Part shown: piece by piece, positions 62,305-64,000 of the stretch | Layout of the letters: each line of letters opens with the position of its first letter | Position numbering within the stretch: position 1 is the stretch's first letter | From: Hyphomicrobiales bacterium | GTDB taxonomy: Bacteria > Pseudomonadota > Alphaproteobacteria > Rhizobiales > OSC116 | NCBI GenBank assembly: GCA_013214705.1 | Contig: JABSRZ010000006.1 | Span: 156,338-220,337 of the forward strand | Direction: 5' to 3' | DNA: 64,000 nucleotides | The notes under the pieces: model-generated | What the model saw: only the letters and a program-made list of their open reading frames with translations | What the model was told of the DNA's origin: nothing | The model's database searches: none | Translations under genes and position numbers: made by a program

Positions 62305-63437
62305 AAATTTTCACCTTTATCGCAAATGTTATATTTTTGCGCCGTGCTGGTGAGGAAGCCCGAAACCGCAGAGAACATTTCTGGCTCATCTAATAAAAAT
62401 GCATCATGACCTTTGGGCGAGTTGACCTCGACATAAGAAACATTGGCCGCCACCCGGTTGAGCGCTTGGGCGATGAGCTTGCTTTCTTCGGGTGGGAATA
62501 GCCAATCTGAGGTGAAAGAAATGATGCAAAAACGAATGTCGGTATCGATAAAAGCGCTCATCAGGCTGTCATCAAATTTTGCCGCCAGATCGAAATAATC
62601 CATCGCCCGGGTGAGGTATAAATAGCTATTGGCATCGAACCTGTCGACAAAACTCATGCCTTGGTGGCGCAAATAACTTTCGATTTGAAAATCGGCATCA
62701 AAACCAAAGCTTATGCTATCGCGGTCTTGCAAATTGCGGCCAAATTTTTGCTGTAGGCTTTGGTCGGACATATAGGTGATATGGGCGGCCATGCGCGCCA
62801 CAGCTAAGCCTTTAGCCGGTGATGTATTGAGACTGTGATAATTGCCGCTTTGCCAATTTGGGTCGGCCATTATGGCTTGTCTACCGACCTCGTGAAAGGC
62901 AATGTTTTGCGAGGAATGGCGAGAGCCAGTGGCAATGGGGATGGCGCTTAAAATGCGGCTTTTGTAACTTGCCGCCCATTCGAGCACCAACATGCCGCCC
63001 ATCGAGCCACCAATGACCGAAAATAACCTATCGATGTTAAAATGGTCAATAAGCCGGGCTTGTGCGCGCACCATATCAAATACAGTGACAACCGGAAAAT
63101 CCAAGCCATATATTTTGCCGGTATCTGGGTTTTGCGAGGCCGGGCCAGTGGAGCCTAAACAGCCGCCCAATACATTGGCACAAATGACAAAATATTTGTC
63201 GGTATCTATTGGCAGGCCGGGGCCGACTAAATTTGCCCACCAGCCACTTTTTTGGGTCACTGGGTTGGTGGAGGCAACATATTGGTCGCCAGTTAGGGCA
63301 TGGCAAATTAAGATGGCATTGGTTTTATTGGGGTTTAATGTGCCATAGGTGTCGTAAGAAAGTTGATAACGAAGCTGTTTGCCGCAATCGAGCTTTATCG
63401 GTTGGCTATCAATAAAAATGTCGGACTGATGATTCAT
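62301..63437 (-). CDS. metX: Homoserine O-acetyltransferase
   Basis: CHALTGD, GGSMGGM, RFDANSY, SDWLFP, GHDAFL. Confidence 0.96.
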   Translation of the reverse strand: MNHQSDIFIDSQPIKLDCGKQLRYQLSYDTYGTLNPNKTNAILICHALTGDQYVASTNPVTQKSGWWANLVGPGLPIDTDKYFVICANVLGGCLGSTGPASQNPDTGKIYGLDFPVVTVFDMVRAQARLIDHFNIDRLFSVIGGSMGGMLVLEWAASYKSRILSAIPIATGSRHSSQNIAFHEVGRQAIMADPNWQSGNYHSLNTSPAKGLAVARMAAHITYMSDQSLQQKFGRNLQDRDSISFGFDADFQIESYLRHQGMSFVDRFDANSYLYLTRAMDYFDLAAKFDDSLMSAFIDTDIRFCIISFTSDWLFPPEESKLIAQALNRVAANVSYVEVNSPKGHDAFLLDEPEMFSAVSGFLTSTAQKYNICDKGENL

Positions 63438-63619
63438 AAATGTGTGGCGGCGGTTCTGGTGTGGATATTGATTTTAGTTATCATAGCTTTACTATGGCGT
63501 GATGAAAATACAAAATTTATTATGGTTTAATTCAATTTCTTTGATGGAATGCAAGTGAACGTGATATAGAGTGGGAGAAATACCCAAATAAATGATGAAA
63601 TGTGAAAAAAACTGCCTCT

Positions 63620-64000
63620 ATGACAGATAAAATTAACATATCCTTGCCAATTTCGCTGCTGGAGACGCGCGATAAAATAGATGCGATAGATTCTGAAATT
63701 CACCAACTTTTGATGCGGCGCGCCGATTTGGTGCAAAATGTGCAGAAAGCCAAAGAGGCTGAAGGCCCGATTGTAAACGCTATGCATGCCGACCGCGAAA
63801 TAGAAATGTTTAGGCGCTTTAGTGCCAACCATTCAGGCTGTTTGCCGCTCGCCAGCCTGCAGCGCATGTTTAGAGAAATGATTGCCACATTTAGCCATTT
63901 GCAATGCCCGTTTAAAGTGTTTGTGCTTAAGGGCGAGGCGTTGCACCGTGACACCGCGCGCTATTTTTATGGCACGGTGATTGAAATTGTCGAATGCGAA
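63620..64000 (+). CDS. Chorismate mutase (runs off the window end; absent from the ORF track)
   Basis: Manual translation MTDKINISLPISLLETRDKIDAIDSEIHQLLMRRADLVQNVQKAK...DREIEMFRR..HSG.LP...REMI.TF..LQ.PF; type II chorismate mutase motif. Confidence 0.85.
   Translation, partial: MTDKINISLPISLLETRDKIDAIDSEIHQLLMRRADLVQNVQKAKEAEGPIVNAMHADREIEMFRRFSANHSGCLPLASLQRMFREMIATFSHLQCPFKVFVLKGEALHRDTARYFYGTVIEIVECE

Noticed and set aside
63438-63619. SAM-II or SAM-SAH riboswitch upstream of metX
   Set aside because: I could not recognise the consensus elements by eye; an Rfam cmscan would settle it.

Overview
A core-chromosome segment of a fairly AT-rich alphaproteobacterium. Gene order and protein families point to the Hyphomicrobiales/Rhizobiales, which is an inference. 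Housekeeping blocks include sdhAB, hemH, xerC, fsa, priA, atpHAGDC, rplU-rpmA-GNAT-GNAT-obgE-proB-proA-rsfS-rlmH-envC-ctpA-deacetylase-rppH, ispG, ispA, rpmF, ggt, gloB, metXW and a chorismate mutase. Accessory modules sit between them: a Cache-sensor two-component system with a TRAP transporter, a SoxS/CcdA-like pair, HxlR plus a lactonase, a YeeE/YedE pair plus rhodanese, a spondin-like secreted protein, and several GNATs. I found no rRNA, tRNA, CRISPR array, transposase or prophage. The most unusual signal is non-coding: at least three families of intergenic palindromic repeats at about ten loci. Family A is a modular ~257-bp MITE-like element with 12-bp terminal inverted repeats, family B is a 43-bp unit, and family C is a 103-bp unit. 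All three carry a constant backbone with exchangeable, covarying mini-hairpins. On one strand these mostly have GNA/GNNA loops framed by GA...GA(A), which suggests selection for folded single-stranded DNA. Copies lie at junctions where accessory genes interrupt conserved gene order, and in two cases they bracket a cargo gene.
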